Source: Candidatus Stammera capleta
GTDB taxonomy: Bacteria; Pseudomonadota; Gammaproteobacteria; Enterobacterales; Enterobacteriaceae
Assembly (NCBI GenBank): GCA_036689455.1
Contig: CP144828.1
Coordinates: 77,418-141,417 of the forward strand
DNA: 64,000 nucleotides
Direction: 5' to 3'
Under the pieces are notes generated by a model that was given only the letters and a program-made list of their open reading frames with translations, was not told the DNA's origin and ran no database searches. The stretch's first letter is position 1. Each line of letters begins with the position of its first letter. Below, piece by piece: positions 53,385 through 64,000 of this stretch. Position numbers and translations under genes: made by a program.

Positions 53385-54134
53385 TTATTTACACTTTGAT
53401 AAATAAAAAATTATTTTTTTTTGGTTTATTATAGTTTTTTTAGTAGATATAAATTTTAAATAGTATTCGTTATTTAAATATGTTACTATAGGATATAAGT
53501 TGTATTTTATGTTTGTTTTAATTCTTATTAGTTTATATTTTAAAATTTTATCTTTAAATTTTAGTTTTTTAGAATTATATTTTTTAAATGTATTTAAATT
53601 TCTTATTATTTCTAATGTATTAAAATTTGATTGTTTTATTATTTTAATTGGTTTTATTAATTTTTTATAATATAAAATTTTTTTTTTTTCTGGTAAATTT
53701 TTTCAATAATTAATCTCTGATATTCTTTTGAAGAATATTTTTTTTTTATTAGTGTATTTTATTTTTTTGTTTATTTGTTTTAAAAATTCATCTTGTTGGA
53801 TTAAATTATTTTTACTATTTGCTTCTTTTAATTTTAATTTTAATATATATATTATATATAATATTTTTTCTATTATGTTTTTATTGGTATTTGGTTTTTT
53901 TAGAAAGAATAATAATTTTTTTTTTTGTTCGTTTAATTCATCTATAATTTTTTTTTTGATATTATATTTTTCTATTATTTTGTATATTTCTGATATATTT
54001 AAAAAAAAAATTATTGTGGAAAAGTAATTATTTATTTTATTTATGTTTTTTAAGTTATTGAATATTAATTCTGTTTTTAAAAATAATTTTATATTTTTAT
54101 TTTTTGTGTATTCAAATATATTTTTTTTTTTCAT
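53385..54134 (-). CDS. zapD: FtsZ-associated cell division protein ZapD (YacF), 249 aa; only the N-terminal 143 aa are in the ORF track
   Basis: Hand-translated codon by codon through TGA 53703-05. NIFEYTKNKNIKLFLKTELIFNNL aligns to E. coli [38 protein letters not shown] to FFRNVSELLDVFER, and INYWKNLP to HIWLHLP. Length and position (convergent after secA) fit. Confidence 0.65.
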
Positions 54135-55258
54135 TTTTTTATTAAATTTGATTTAAATTATTATTATGTATTATATAATAATAATTATTTTGTTTAAAAT
54201 TTTTGGTTTTTTAGAAAAATACGTAATTTTAATAAAAAAAAATAAATTATATATAAATAAAATAATTTATTATTTTATGTAATCATAATATATAATATAT
54301 TATATAATTTATTAAAATCATTTTAAAAATAATAATTTTCACTAATAACATATATATATATATATATATATTGTATATATAGATATTATATATATTTATT
54401 AATTTAATTTTATTAAAATATATAATGGTATTAGTATAAATAATTAAAGTAAGTTTATTAAATATATATTTTGTTTAGAAAAATTATTTTTATAATAGTA
54501 TTAATAGTTTGTAATATGTAGTTTTTTAAATAAATAATGTAAATTTTTAAATTCATTTTTATTAATTAAATTTATTAATTTAGTTGTTATTAAGATTTTT
54601 GTTTTTGATATAAGTTTATTGATATTAAAATTTTATTTTTATATTATCTATTGATGTAATTTTATTTTTAAATTTAAATTATTTTTTATTTTAAAATTAA
54701 TATTTAAGTTTTTATTATTATTATTATAATTTTATTAATTTTGTAAAAATAGTTAGTTAATTTAATTCTTTAATGAAGTTGTAAAAATAGTTTTATTTTT
54801 TATAAATATAATGTTAAAGTTATTGGTAATAATTTTATGTAAAGTAAACTTTTATTTTATAGTTTTTATATTAATTTAAATTATTAAATATTTTATAATT
54901 TATTAATTGTTAATATAATTTTATAAAAAATATTATTTATATCAAATGATAATTATTTTAATTTTTATTTAGTTTATTGAAATATTTATATTTTTATTTA
55001 AATTTATTTAACTTAAATAGTTTTTAAAATATTAAATTTTTTATTTTTAATTTATATAAAATAAATAAATAATTTTTTAAAAAATATATTATTATAGAAT
55101 TTAATAGTAATTTGATAAATTTTTATTTAATTAAATAAAAATTATTTTTTACTATCGAATATTTTTTTTTAAAATATTATAAAATATATTATTTAATTTA
55201 AGTAGTTAGTTAAGTAACTAATTATATTTATTTTTTTATACTTATATATATATGTGTT
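54135..55258. other. 1.1 kb non-coding, almost G/C-free spacer between zapD and dnaX
   Basis: No ORF of 60 aa or more in any frame, and few TGAs to bridge. No tRNA-like or structured-RNA-like G/C signatures. Confidence 0.8.
54351..54370. repeat. (TA)10 microsatellite
   Basis: Read directly: tatatatatatatatatata between aca and ttg. Confidence 0.95.
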
Positions 55259-56362
55259 ATGAAATATTATAATGTTTTAGCTTTAAAATGAAGACCTAAA
55301 TCTTTTAAAGATTTTGTTGGGCATGATAATATAGTTAAAATTTTAAGCAATAGTTTGAAATTAAATAAAATTTATAATTCGTATTTGTTTTATGGTCCTA
55401 AAGGTGTTGGTAAGACTAGTTTAGCACGTTTATTTTCTAAGAGTTTAAATTGTATTAATGGAATTACTTTTCATCCTTGTAACGTTTGTGTTAATTGTAT
55501 AAATATTAGTTTAGGTAAAGCAACTGATGTTATTGAAATAGATGCTGCTTCACGTACTAAGATAGAAGATACTCGTGATATTTTAGATAAAATTTATTAT
55601 TTACCTATATCTATGAGATATAAAGTGTATATTATTGATGAAGTACATATGTTATCACGTTATAGTTTTAATGCTTTATTAAAAACATTAGAAGAACCTC
55701 CTAAACATATTAAGTTTATTTTAGCTACTACAGAGTTAAATAAAATTCCTGATACTATATTATCTAGATGTATGTCTTTTTATTTGAAACCTTTAAAAAA
55801 TTCTGATATTTTAAATCGTTTAAATTATATATTATCTGTAGAAAAAATTTTATTTGATTCTTATGCATTAAAAATTATATCTATTAGTTCTCATGGAAGT
55901 ATGAGGGATGCTTTAGTATTAGTTGATCAATTATTGATGCTTAATGGAAATAATTTTATATCTTTAAAAGATGTTAATATTATTTTAGATAGAATAGATG
56001 AAAAATTTATATTACTTTTTTTAAAATTTTTATTTACTAAAAATATTAATAAAATATTTAGATTATTAAATTTTTTTTATATCAGAAATATAAATTATAT
56101 TAATTTGATGGATAACATAATTGATATGTTACATAATTTATATATATTAAATATTTTTTCCTTTAATAATTTTAATTTAAATATTCCACAAAATATTTTT
56201 AGAATATTAAGTAAATTGAATTTATTAATTTCTTTAAAATATATATTTTATTATTATAAATTATTTCTTTCTTTTAGAAATGATTTATTTATATCATTTA
56301 ATAAAAAATTGAGTTTTGATTATTTTGTTATTTGTGCTTTGTCTTATAAAGATAAAAATTAG
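55259..56362 (+). CDS. dnaX: DNA polymerase III clamp-loader subunit DnaX, short 367-aa form (AAA+ domains I-III only)
   Basis: ALKWRPKSFKDFVGH (W = TGA), GPKGVGKTSLARLF, YIIDEVHMLS, and SRC motif ILSRC. Followed by htpG, where E. coli has dnaX-ybaB-recR-htpG. Confidence 0.9.
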
Positions 56363-56438
56363 TATTTTTCTTAGTTTAAATTTTAAATTTAATATTTAGT
56401 TTTTTATATATAAAAAAAATTATTAAGGATTTTATAAA

Positions 56439-58328
56439 ATGAAAAAACAGACTTATTATTTTCAATCTGAAGTTAAGCAGTTACTTAATTTAATGATTAA
56501 TTCTCTTTATTCTAATAAAGAAATATTTGTAAGAGAATTAATTTCTAATTCTTTAGATGCTATAGATAAACTAAAATTTTATTATGTTTCTATTAAAGAT
56601 AGAAGTTCTATTAATTTAGATAATAAAAATTATTATCGTATTAGAATTTATGTAGATAGAAATAAGTTTATAGTTAGTGATAATGGAATTGGTATGACTA
56701 AAAAGGAAGTAATTAAGAACCTAGGTACTATAGCAAAATCTGGTACTAAAGAGTTTTTAAATAGTATTAATTTAAATAATAAAAAATTAGATTGAAATAA
56801 TTTTATTGGTCAATTTGGTGTTGGTTTTTATTCTTCTTTTATGGTATCAACTAAGGTTGTAGTTCATACAAGATCGATAAAAGAATTAAATGGTAATAAT
56901 GCAGTTTTTTGAAGTTCTGATGGTCATGGTGAATATTTTATTGATAGTAAATTTAAATCTGATGTTGGAACAGATGTTATTTTATATATTAAGGATGATT
57001 GTAGTTCATTTTTAAATGAAAATACTATATGTAATATAGTAAAAAAATATTCTAATTATATTGATATTCCTATTGAATATAAATCTTTTTGTAAAAAAGA
57101 TAAAAAAAATATATGAAAGAGAATAAATCAGTTTAATGCTATATGATTAAAAAATAAAAATGAAATTAGTAAAAAAGAATATATAGATTTTTATCTATCA
57201 TTTACTAATAATTTAGGTAAGCCATTAATTTGGTCTCATAATAAAGTTGAAGGTAAAAATGAGTATATTAGTTTATTATATATTCCTGATACATGTCCTT
57301 GAAATATATGAAATAGAGATGAGTATAAAAATGGTATAAAATTATATATACGTAGAGTTTTTGTTATGGAGGATGTAAAAAAAATTTTACCTTTTTATTT
57401 AAGATTTGTACAAGGAATTATTGATTCTAGTGATTTATCCTTAAATGTTTCAAGAGAAATATTACAAGATAATTCTTTTATTGGTAAATTAAAGATTTCT
57501 CTTACTAAAAGAATTTTAAAAATATTACATGAATTATCTTTAAATAAAAAAGAATATATTATTTTTTGAAATCAATTTGGTAATATTTTAAAAGAAGGTT
57601 TAGCTGAAGATATTAATCGTACTTATGATATATCTTTATTATTAAGATTTAATTCTTCATTTAAAGGTAAAGATGAATATATTTCTTTAGAAGAGTATTT
57701 AAGTAATATGAAACCAGGTCAGGATAAAATATATTATATTATATCTGATAATTATTTATCTTCTTATCATAGTCCTCATTTAGAGGTATATAAAGAAAGA
57801 AATATAGAAGTATTGATTATGTTTGATAGAATTGATGAATGAATGATGACATATTTAGTAGATTTTAAAGGTATAAAATTTCAGTCAGTTTCTAAAAATT
57901 ATATTGATGATAATAAAATAATTACTTTAAATGATAATAAAATATTGGAGTTAGATAATAATTATATAAATTTAATAAATCGTATTAAAAATAGTATTGG
58001 TGATTTAGTTAAGGATGTAAAATTAACAAATCGTTTATATAAATTTCCTGTAGTTTTAACTACAGACAGTAATGATATAAGCACTCAAATGTCAAAATTA
58101 TTAAGTTCTGCTGGTAAAAAAGTACCTAAAGTGAAGTATTTATTTGAGATTAATCCTAATCATTTGTTGATTAAATATATAGATAGTATTAAAGATGAGT
58201 TATTATTTTCTAAGTGGATAAATTTTATTTATTATCAAGCTTTATTAATTGAAAGTAATACTTTAGATAATCCTGTTAATTTTATTAAAATAATAAATGA
58301 TTTATTTTTAAGTTTTATAATTAAATAA
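56439..58328 (+). CDS. htpG: Hsp90 chaperone HtpG, 629 aa
   Basis: [42 protein letters not shown], and [10 protein letters not shown] (after a TGA). Three fragments in frame 0. Confidence 0.94.
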
Positions 58329-58416
58329 AAATGTATATATATTATATAATATGATTAATATTTTATATTTTATTAATAAATATTTTTTTTATTATATAAT
58401 ATGTATTTTTGATAAA

Positions 58417-59415
58417 TTATTTTTGTGGGAAGTATATTTTATATATTTTATTTTTAATTTTTTTATAAATTTTATAATTATTTTTTAAAAAATCCATTGA
58501 AGAATTTTTTCCGTTACCTAATTTTATTTTTTTATAATTATATCATGATCCATTTTTTTTTATGATATTATTTTTTACTCCAATATTTAATATTTCTCCA
58601 TATTTATTGATTCCTTTATTATATAATATTTCAAATTCTGCTTGTTTAAAGGGTGAAGATAATTTATTTTTTACTACTTTAACTTTAGTATTATTTCCTA
58701 TAATTTCTTCATTATATTTTATGTTATTTATTTTTCTAATATCTAATCTTATTGATGAATAGAATTTTAATGCGTTTCCACCAGTTGTGGTTTCAGGATT
58801 TCCAAAAATTATTCCTATTTTCATTCTTATTTGGTTGATAAATATTAGTAGTATATTTGATTTATGTATATTTCTTGCTAATTTTCTCATAGCTTGACTC
58901 ATCATTCGTGCTGCTGATCCTAGGTGTAAATCTCCTATTTCGCCTTCAATTTCTGATTTAGGTGTTAAAGCTGCTACTGAATCTACTATTATTAAATCTA
59001 TATTTTTAGATTTTGCTAATGAATTACATATTTCTAATGCTTGTTCTCCATTATCTGGTTGAGAACATAATAATTCTTCAGTATTTACTCCTATTTTTTG
59101 GGCATATATTGGATCTAGAGCATGTTCTGCGTCAATAAATATACATATTTTATTTTTTTTTTGTGCAGAATATATTATTTCTAAAGCTAATGTTGTTTTT
59201 CCAGATGATTCTGGTCCAAATATTTCTATAATTCTACCCATAGGTAATCCACCTATACCTAATGCTATATTTAATGATATTGATCCTGTTGATATAGTTT
59301 CTATTTTTATATGTTTATGTTGATTTAATTTCATGATAGATCCTTTACCAAATTGTTTTTCTATTTGTTCTAAAGCTAAATTTATGGATTTTTTTTTATT
59401 TTTATTTATACACAT
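58417..59415 (-). CDS. recA: Recombinase RecA, 332 aa
   Basis: [14 protein letters not shown], Walker [10 protein letters not shown], and [10 protein letters not shown]. The C-terminus was traced by hand through TGA 58543-45 (NGSWYNYK) to TAA 58417-19. Confidence 0.95.
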
Positions 59416-59606
59416 ATATTTTATGAAATTTATTTTAATTTTTTTTTTTTTTATGTTTTATTATTTGTATTATAATTAAGTTATATGAATTTTATTTATT
59501 AGTTTGTTTATATTTTTTTTAATATTTTTTTATTTATTTTAGTTTATTAATTTATATTATTAAACTAATATATTATATATTAATTTTATTTAAGTGAAAA
59601 TTTTTT

Positions 59607-62294
59607 ATGTTTAAATGTACTAATGAAATAAAATGTATGTTTTTGAATTTTTTTGAACTACAAGGTCATATTTTATATAAAAGCAGTTCTTTAATACCAG
59701 ATAAAGATAATTCTTTATTGTTTACTAATGCTGGTATGAATCAATTTAAAGATATTTTTTTAGGTTATAGAAATATTGTAGATAAAAATATTGTTACTAT
59801 ACAACGTTGTTTAAGAGTAGGTGGTAAACATAATGATTTAAATCATGTTGGTTATACAAAAAGACATCATACTTTTTTTGAGATGATGGGTAATTTTAGT
59901 TTTAATTCGTATTTTAAAGAAGAAGCTATATTATATGCATGAAAATTATTAACTGATAAAAATTTTTTTAATATATCTAAGTTTAATTTAGTTGTTACTG
60001 TACATATTAATGATTATGAAAGTTATCGTATTTGATCTGATATAGTTAAAATTCCTGAAAAGAATATTTTTATTGTTGGTAATAAAAGTAATTCAAAATT
60101 AGATATTAATTCGGATAATTTTTGAAGAATGTCTGATACTGGACCTTGTGGATATAGTACTGAGATATTTTATGTTAATGATTATAAAGTTAATAAACCT
60201 AATGGTTTTTTAAATAATAATGATAATTATTTAGAAATATGGAATTTAGTTTTTATAGAATATAATATTGATGTTAATAAAGAAATTAGTTGTTTGGATT
60301 ATAAATGTGTTGATACAGGTATTGGTTTAGAAAGAATTGCATCTGTTTTACAAAATGTGAGTTCTAATTTTGATATAGATATTTTTGTTAGTTTAAAAAA
60401 TAAAATTTCTAAATTTTTAGGTGTTTTAATTAATAAAGATAATATTTTTATTTTTAATGTAATTTCGGATCATATTAGAGCGATAGTTTTTTTGATAATT
60501 GATGGTTTGCTTCCATCTAATGAATTTAGAGGTTATATTTTACGTAAAATTATTAGAAGAACTATAAGTCATATTAGATTATTAAATATTAATAATATTT
60601 TTTTACATAATATATTATATGATTTAAGATTTTGATTTAAAAAGAATTATTGTATATCTAAGAAAAATATTTTATATATTAAAGATATTATTTTTATTGA
60701 AGAAAAAAAATTTTTAAATTTACTAGATAGTAGTTGAGAAATTTTAAATTTTTATTTAACTAATTTTTGTATAAATAAAAAAAAAAGTACTTTTTTGGGT
60801 AAATATATTTTTTTGCTTTATGATACTTATGGTGTTCCTATAGATGTAATTTATGATGTTTGTAGATTTTATAATATAAAAGTTGATGTAAATGGTTTTA
60901 ATAAGTTATTAGAATTTCAAAAAAATAAATCTAGGTTATTAAATAATAATATTAATTTTTCTATTGATATTAATAAATTATCTAAAACTATTTTTGTTGG
61001 TTATAAATATAATAATATTAAATGTAAAATTTTAGGTATTTTTAAAGAAAAGTTATTTTTTAAAAAAATAAGTTTAGTTAATGAAGAAAATATTTGTTTG
61101 TTGTTAAATAAAACTGTTTTTTTTCCTGAATATTGTGGTCAATCTAGTGATATAGGTTTTATATATAGTTTTAATAGAAAAAGTAAATTTTGTATTACAT
61201 ATACTAAAATATATGGTGATTATATTTTACATTTTGGATTTTTATGTAGAGGTAAGTTTAAAATTAATGATGTTGTTGAATTAAAATATGATATTTTAAA
61301 TAGAAAAGAAATATCATGTAATCATTCTGCATTGCATTTATTATTATTTATTTTAAAAAATAAATTAGGAATGAATATTATTCAAAAAGGATTATCTATA
61401 AAGCGTGATTATTTTAGATTTGATTTTATTTATGGTAGTGATTTAAAAAATAATCTTTTTAATGATATTAATTTATTAATGAATAAATTTATATGGAAAA
61501 ATATTGTTATATTTGATAATTTTAAAGACAAACATAAAAATATAAATGAAAAGTTTTTTTTTATTAAAAATGGTTCATCTAGAATTGTTAGTTTTGATTA
61601 TTTATTTTATGAATATTGTTATGGAACTCATGTAAATAGTACTTTAGATATAGGTTTTTTTAGTTTAATTGATATTTATTCTGTTTCATATAAAATTAAA
61701 CGCATTAAAGCGTGTACTAATATTTATGCATTAAAATTTGTAAATGAAAAATTATTTGTTATGGATAATTTATCTAAATTATTTTCTGTTTGTTATAAAA
61801 AAGTATATAATAAAATATTATCTTTTATGGAAATTAAAAAGAAAGATAAGAAAGATATTAGTTATTTAAAATCTTTATATATTAGTAGTTTGTTAAGTTC
61901 TATTAATAAGAAAGAAATTATAAGTTTTAAAGGTATTAATTTTTTGGTTAAATCTTTTAAAGATTATAATTTAATTAATAAAATTAATGATAGTAAATTA
62001 ATATTTAATATATTAAGTAAAATTAAATATAATTTCGGTTTATCTTTGGTTTTATTTTTATGTTTTAATAAGTGCAATAGATATTTTATTTTTTTAATTG
62101 AAAATAAAATATATAAAAAGGTTTATATTAATATTTTTTTTAAAAAAATAGGTAATTTTAAAAAAAAAGATAGTATTTTATCTATAAAAAATAAATGTTT
62201 TAGTATTTATGTTTTTTATGATAAGTTTAATAAAAATTATTTTAGTAAAGAGTATTTAATAGATTTTATAAAATATGATTTTTTAAATTTTTAA
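59607..62294 (+). CDS. alaS: Alanyl-tRNA synthetase, 895 aa
   Basis: [41 protein letters not shown], and [13 protein letters not shown]. Fragments in frame 0. The C-terminal half is very divergent. Confidence 0.92.
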
Positions 62295-62321
62295 AATATT
62301 TGTGATAATAAGGAATTTATA

Positions 62322-62555
62322 ATGCTTATTCTAACTCGTAGAGTTGGTGAAACATTAATTATTGGAGATAAAATTAATGTTACTGTTTTGGGTGTTAAAG
62401 GAAATCAAGTTCGTATAGGAATAAATGCACCTAAAGAAATATCTGTTCATAGAAAAGAAATTTATATAAAAATTTTTAATAATAAAAATAAGATTAAATT
62501 ATCTAATAAAGATATGGATAATAAAATTAATAATGATAAAATAATAGATAAATAA
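62322..62555 (+). CDS. csrA: Carbon storage regulator CsrA, 77 aa
   Basis: [48 protein letters not shown] is nearly identical to E. coli CsrA, plus a 16-aa Asn/Lys/Asp-rich tail. alaS-csrA-serV order conserved. Confidence 0.95.
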   Translation: MLILTRRVGETLIIGDKINVTVLGVKGNQVRIGINAPKEISVHRKEIYIKIFNNKNKIKLSNKDMDNKINNDKIIDK

Positions 62556-62581
62556 TATTTTTAATTAAATATTTGTTTTTA

Positions 62582-62664
62582 GGTGAGATGGCCGAGTGGT
62601 TTAAGGCGCTCCTCTGCTAAGGGAGTATGCATTTGCATCGTGGGTTCGAATCCCTCTCTCATCG
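62582..62664 (+). tRNA. serV: tRNA-Ser, anticodon GCT, long variable arm; no encoded CCA
   Basis: Acceptor GGTGAGA/TCTCATC (one G-U pair), anticodon loop CTGCTAA, variable arm TATGCATTTGCATC, and T loop TTCGAAT. One T-stem mismatch. Confidence 0.88.
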
Positions 62665-62669
62665 TTTAA

Positions 62670-62742
62670 GCATCCGTAGCTCAGTGGATAGAGTACTCGG
62701 CTACGAACCGAGTGGTCAGGGGTTCAAATCCTCTCGGATGCG
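62670..62742 (+). tRNA. argV: tRNA-Arg, anticodon ACG; no encoded CCA
   Basis: Acceptor GCATCCG/CGGATGC, D arm GCTC..GAGT, anticodon stem CTCGG/CCGAG with loop CTACGAA, and T arm AGGGG-TTCAAAT-CCTCT. Starts 5 nt after tRNA-Ser. Confidence 0.92.
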
Positions 62743-62855
62743 TTTAATATATATGTATGTATATTAATTAATTATCTTTTATTTATTAGATTAATATATT
62801 TAAGTTTGAAAATAGTATTTTTATAATAATTAAATTGTTTAGTATTTTTGTGTTT

Positions 62856-64000
62856 TTAGAAATTTAAATAATTTGGATATCTAGGAAAAGGTATTGTGTC
62901 CCTAATATTTTTCATATTTGTTATATACATTAATGTTCTTTCAATTCCTAATCCAAATCCTGAATGTTTTATTGTACCAAATTTTCTTAATTCTTTATAT
63001 CATCAATATTTTTTAGGATTTAATTTTTTATTTTTTATATTTTTATTTAATAAATGTATATTTTCTTCTCTTTCAGAGCCTCCTATTATTTCTCCTACGT
63101 TAGGAAATATTATATCTAATGAAGATACTGTTTTATTATCTTTATTTATTTTCATATAAAATGGTTTAATATTTTTAGGATAATTTTTAATTATTATTGC
63201 TGATTTAAAATATTTTTTTGTTAAATATTTTTCTTGTTCTGTAGAGATATCTAAACCTCATTTAATTTTATTTTTAAATAAATATTCTTTTTTTTTTAAT
63301 ATTTTTATTATTTCATTATATGAAGTTTCTATAAATTTTTTTTCTATTATATTTTCTATATGTTTAATGTTACTTCTTTTATTATATTTTGTAGTAAATA
63401 ATATATCTTTATAATTATTTTGAAGAATTTTTTTAAAACAAAAAGAGAGTATATTTTTAGATAAATTAATTAGTTTATTTATGTTTGTTAAAACTGTTTC
63501 TATTTCTAACATTCAAAATTCAGCTAAATGTTTTTTAGTATTCGAATTTTCTGCTCTGAATATTGGTCCTACATTATATACATTAGATAATGAACATGCA
63601 TATGATTCTAGATATAATTGTCCGGAAACTGTCAGAAAAGGTGTTTTATTAAAAAAATTTTTTTTTTTAATTTTTTTTATTTCAAACATATGACTTTGTC
63701 CTTCAGTATCTAATGAAGTTATTATTGGTGTGGGTATTCAATAAAAATTTTTTTTTTGTAAATATTTATGTATATTAAATATCATAGTATTTCTTATTCT
63801 ACATATTGAACTTATTAAATTTGTTCGTGGTCTTAAATGAGATACGTTTCTTAAATATTCTAATGTATGATATTTTGGACTAATTGGGTATTTATTTGGA
63901 TTTTTTATTTTACCTATTATATTAATTTTTTTTGCATATATTTCATTTTTATTGTTTTTGATATTTTTTTTAATTTTTCCTTTAACTGTTATTGAACATC
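62856..64000 (-). CDS. asnS: Asparaginyl-tRNA synthetase, C-terminal roughly 380 codons; the 5' end lies beyond the window
   Basis: The C-terminus [43 protein letters not shown] matches E. coli AsnRS ([25 protein letters not shown]...VIPFPR), and the WW is encoded [16 protein letters not shown] motif 3 region. Fragment 63258-63512 is in the same frame. Confidence 0.9.

Noticed and set aside
54135-55258. The spacer considered as oriC (DnaA boxes) or as a dif site.
   Set aside because: No TTATCCACA-like DnaA box was found. Synteny does not match the enterobacterial oriC locus (mnmG/mioC). The best dif-like match (54792-54819) has 9 of 11 in the XerD arm but only about 3 of 11 in the XerC arm. 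This is not enough to call either.
58341-58403. A 13-nt direct repeat ATTATATAATATG (58341-58353 and 58391-58403) between htpG and recA.
   Set aside because: In an A/T-only 88-nt interval, a 13-mer repeat is expected by chance with probability near 0.5.
59416-59606. Looked for a LexA SOS box (CTGT-N8-ACAG) upstream of recA.
   Set aside because: No CTG...CAG element is present. The region is AT-only apart from scattered single G/C.

Overview
Extremely AT-rich (by eye about 15% G+C, not computed) and very gene-dense DNA that looks like a tiny-genome, host-restricted gammaproteobacterial symbiont of Enterobacterales ancestry. The six-frame track looks fragmented only because TGA is read as Trp here (translation table 4). 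Reading TGA as a sense codon fuses same-frame fragments into full-length housekeeping genes. In-frame TGAs fall on Trp positions conserved in E. coli orthologs as I recall them: DnaK, SSB x3, TusE x2, AsnRS WW, TpiA, HemW.

I call 54 CDS, RNase P RNA and 3 tRNAs. Several blocks are collinear with E. coli K-12:
- speB-speA/metK
- rlmN-rodZ-hisS-der
- cysS/folD/argU
- clpP-clpX-lon
- rpsA-ihfB
- rsmD/rpoH
- hslVU
- priA/rpmE
- the dcw cluster through secA/zapD
- dnaX-htpG
- recA-alaS-csrA-serV-argV

I see no mobile elements, CRISPR arrays, prophage, toxin-antitoxin, defence or secondary-metabolite genes, so I cannot support a discrete novel multi-gene system. What deserves a second look:
1. UGA-to-Trp recoding in an enterobacterial-type lineage.
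2. A dcw cluster that keeps every lipid II synthesis gene plus ftsZ and zapD but has precisely lost mraZ, ftsL, ftsI, ftsW, ftsQ, ftsA and lpxC.
3. A 1.1 kb non-coding, almost G/C-free spacer in an otherwise overlapping-gene genome.
4. An orphan Lys-rich two-TM ORF carrying 24-nt and 18-nt homopolymers.
5. Very long poly(A) tracts inside essential genes.
6. Two genes hidden from the ORF track (tusE, zapD).
7. A retained csrA and rpoH.

Gene limits come from manual frame tracking. The interiors of the longest genes were not all translated by hand.
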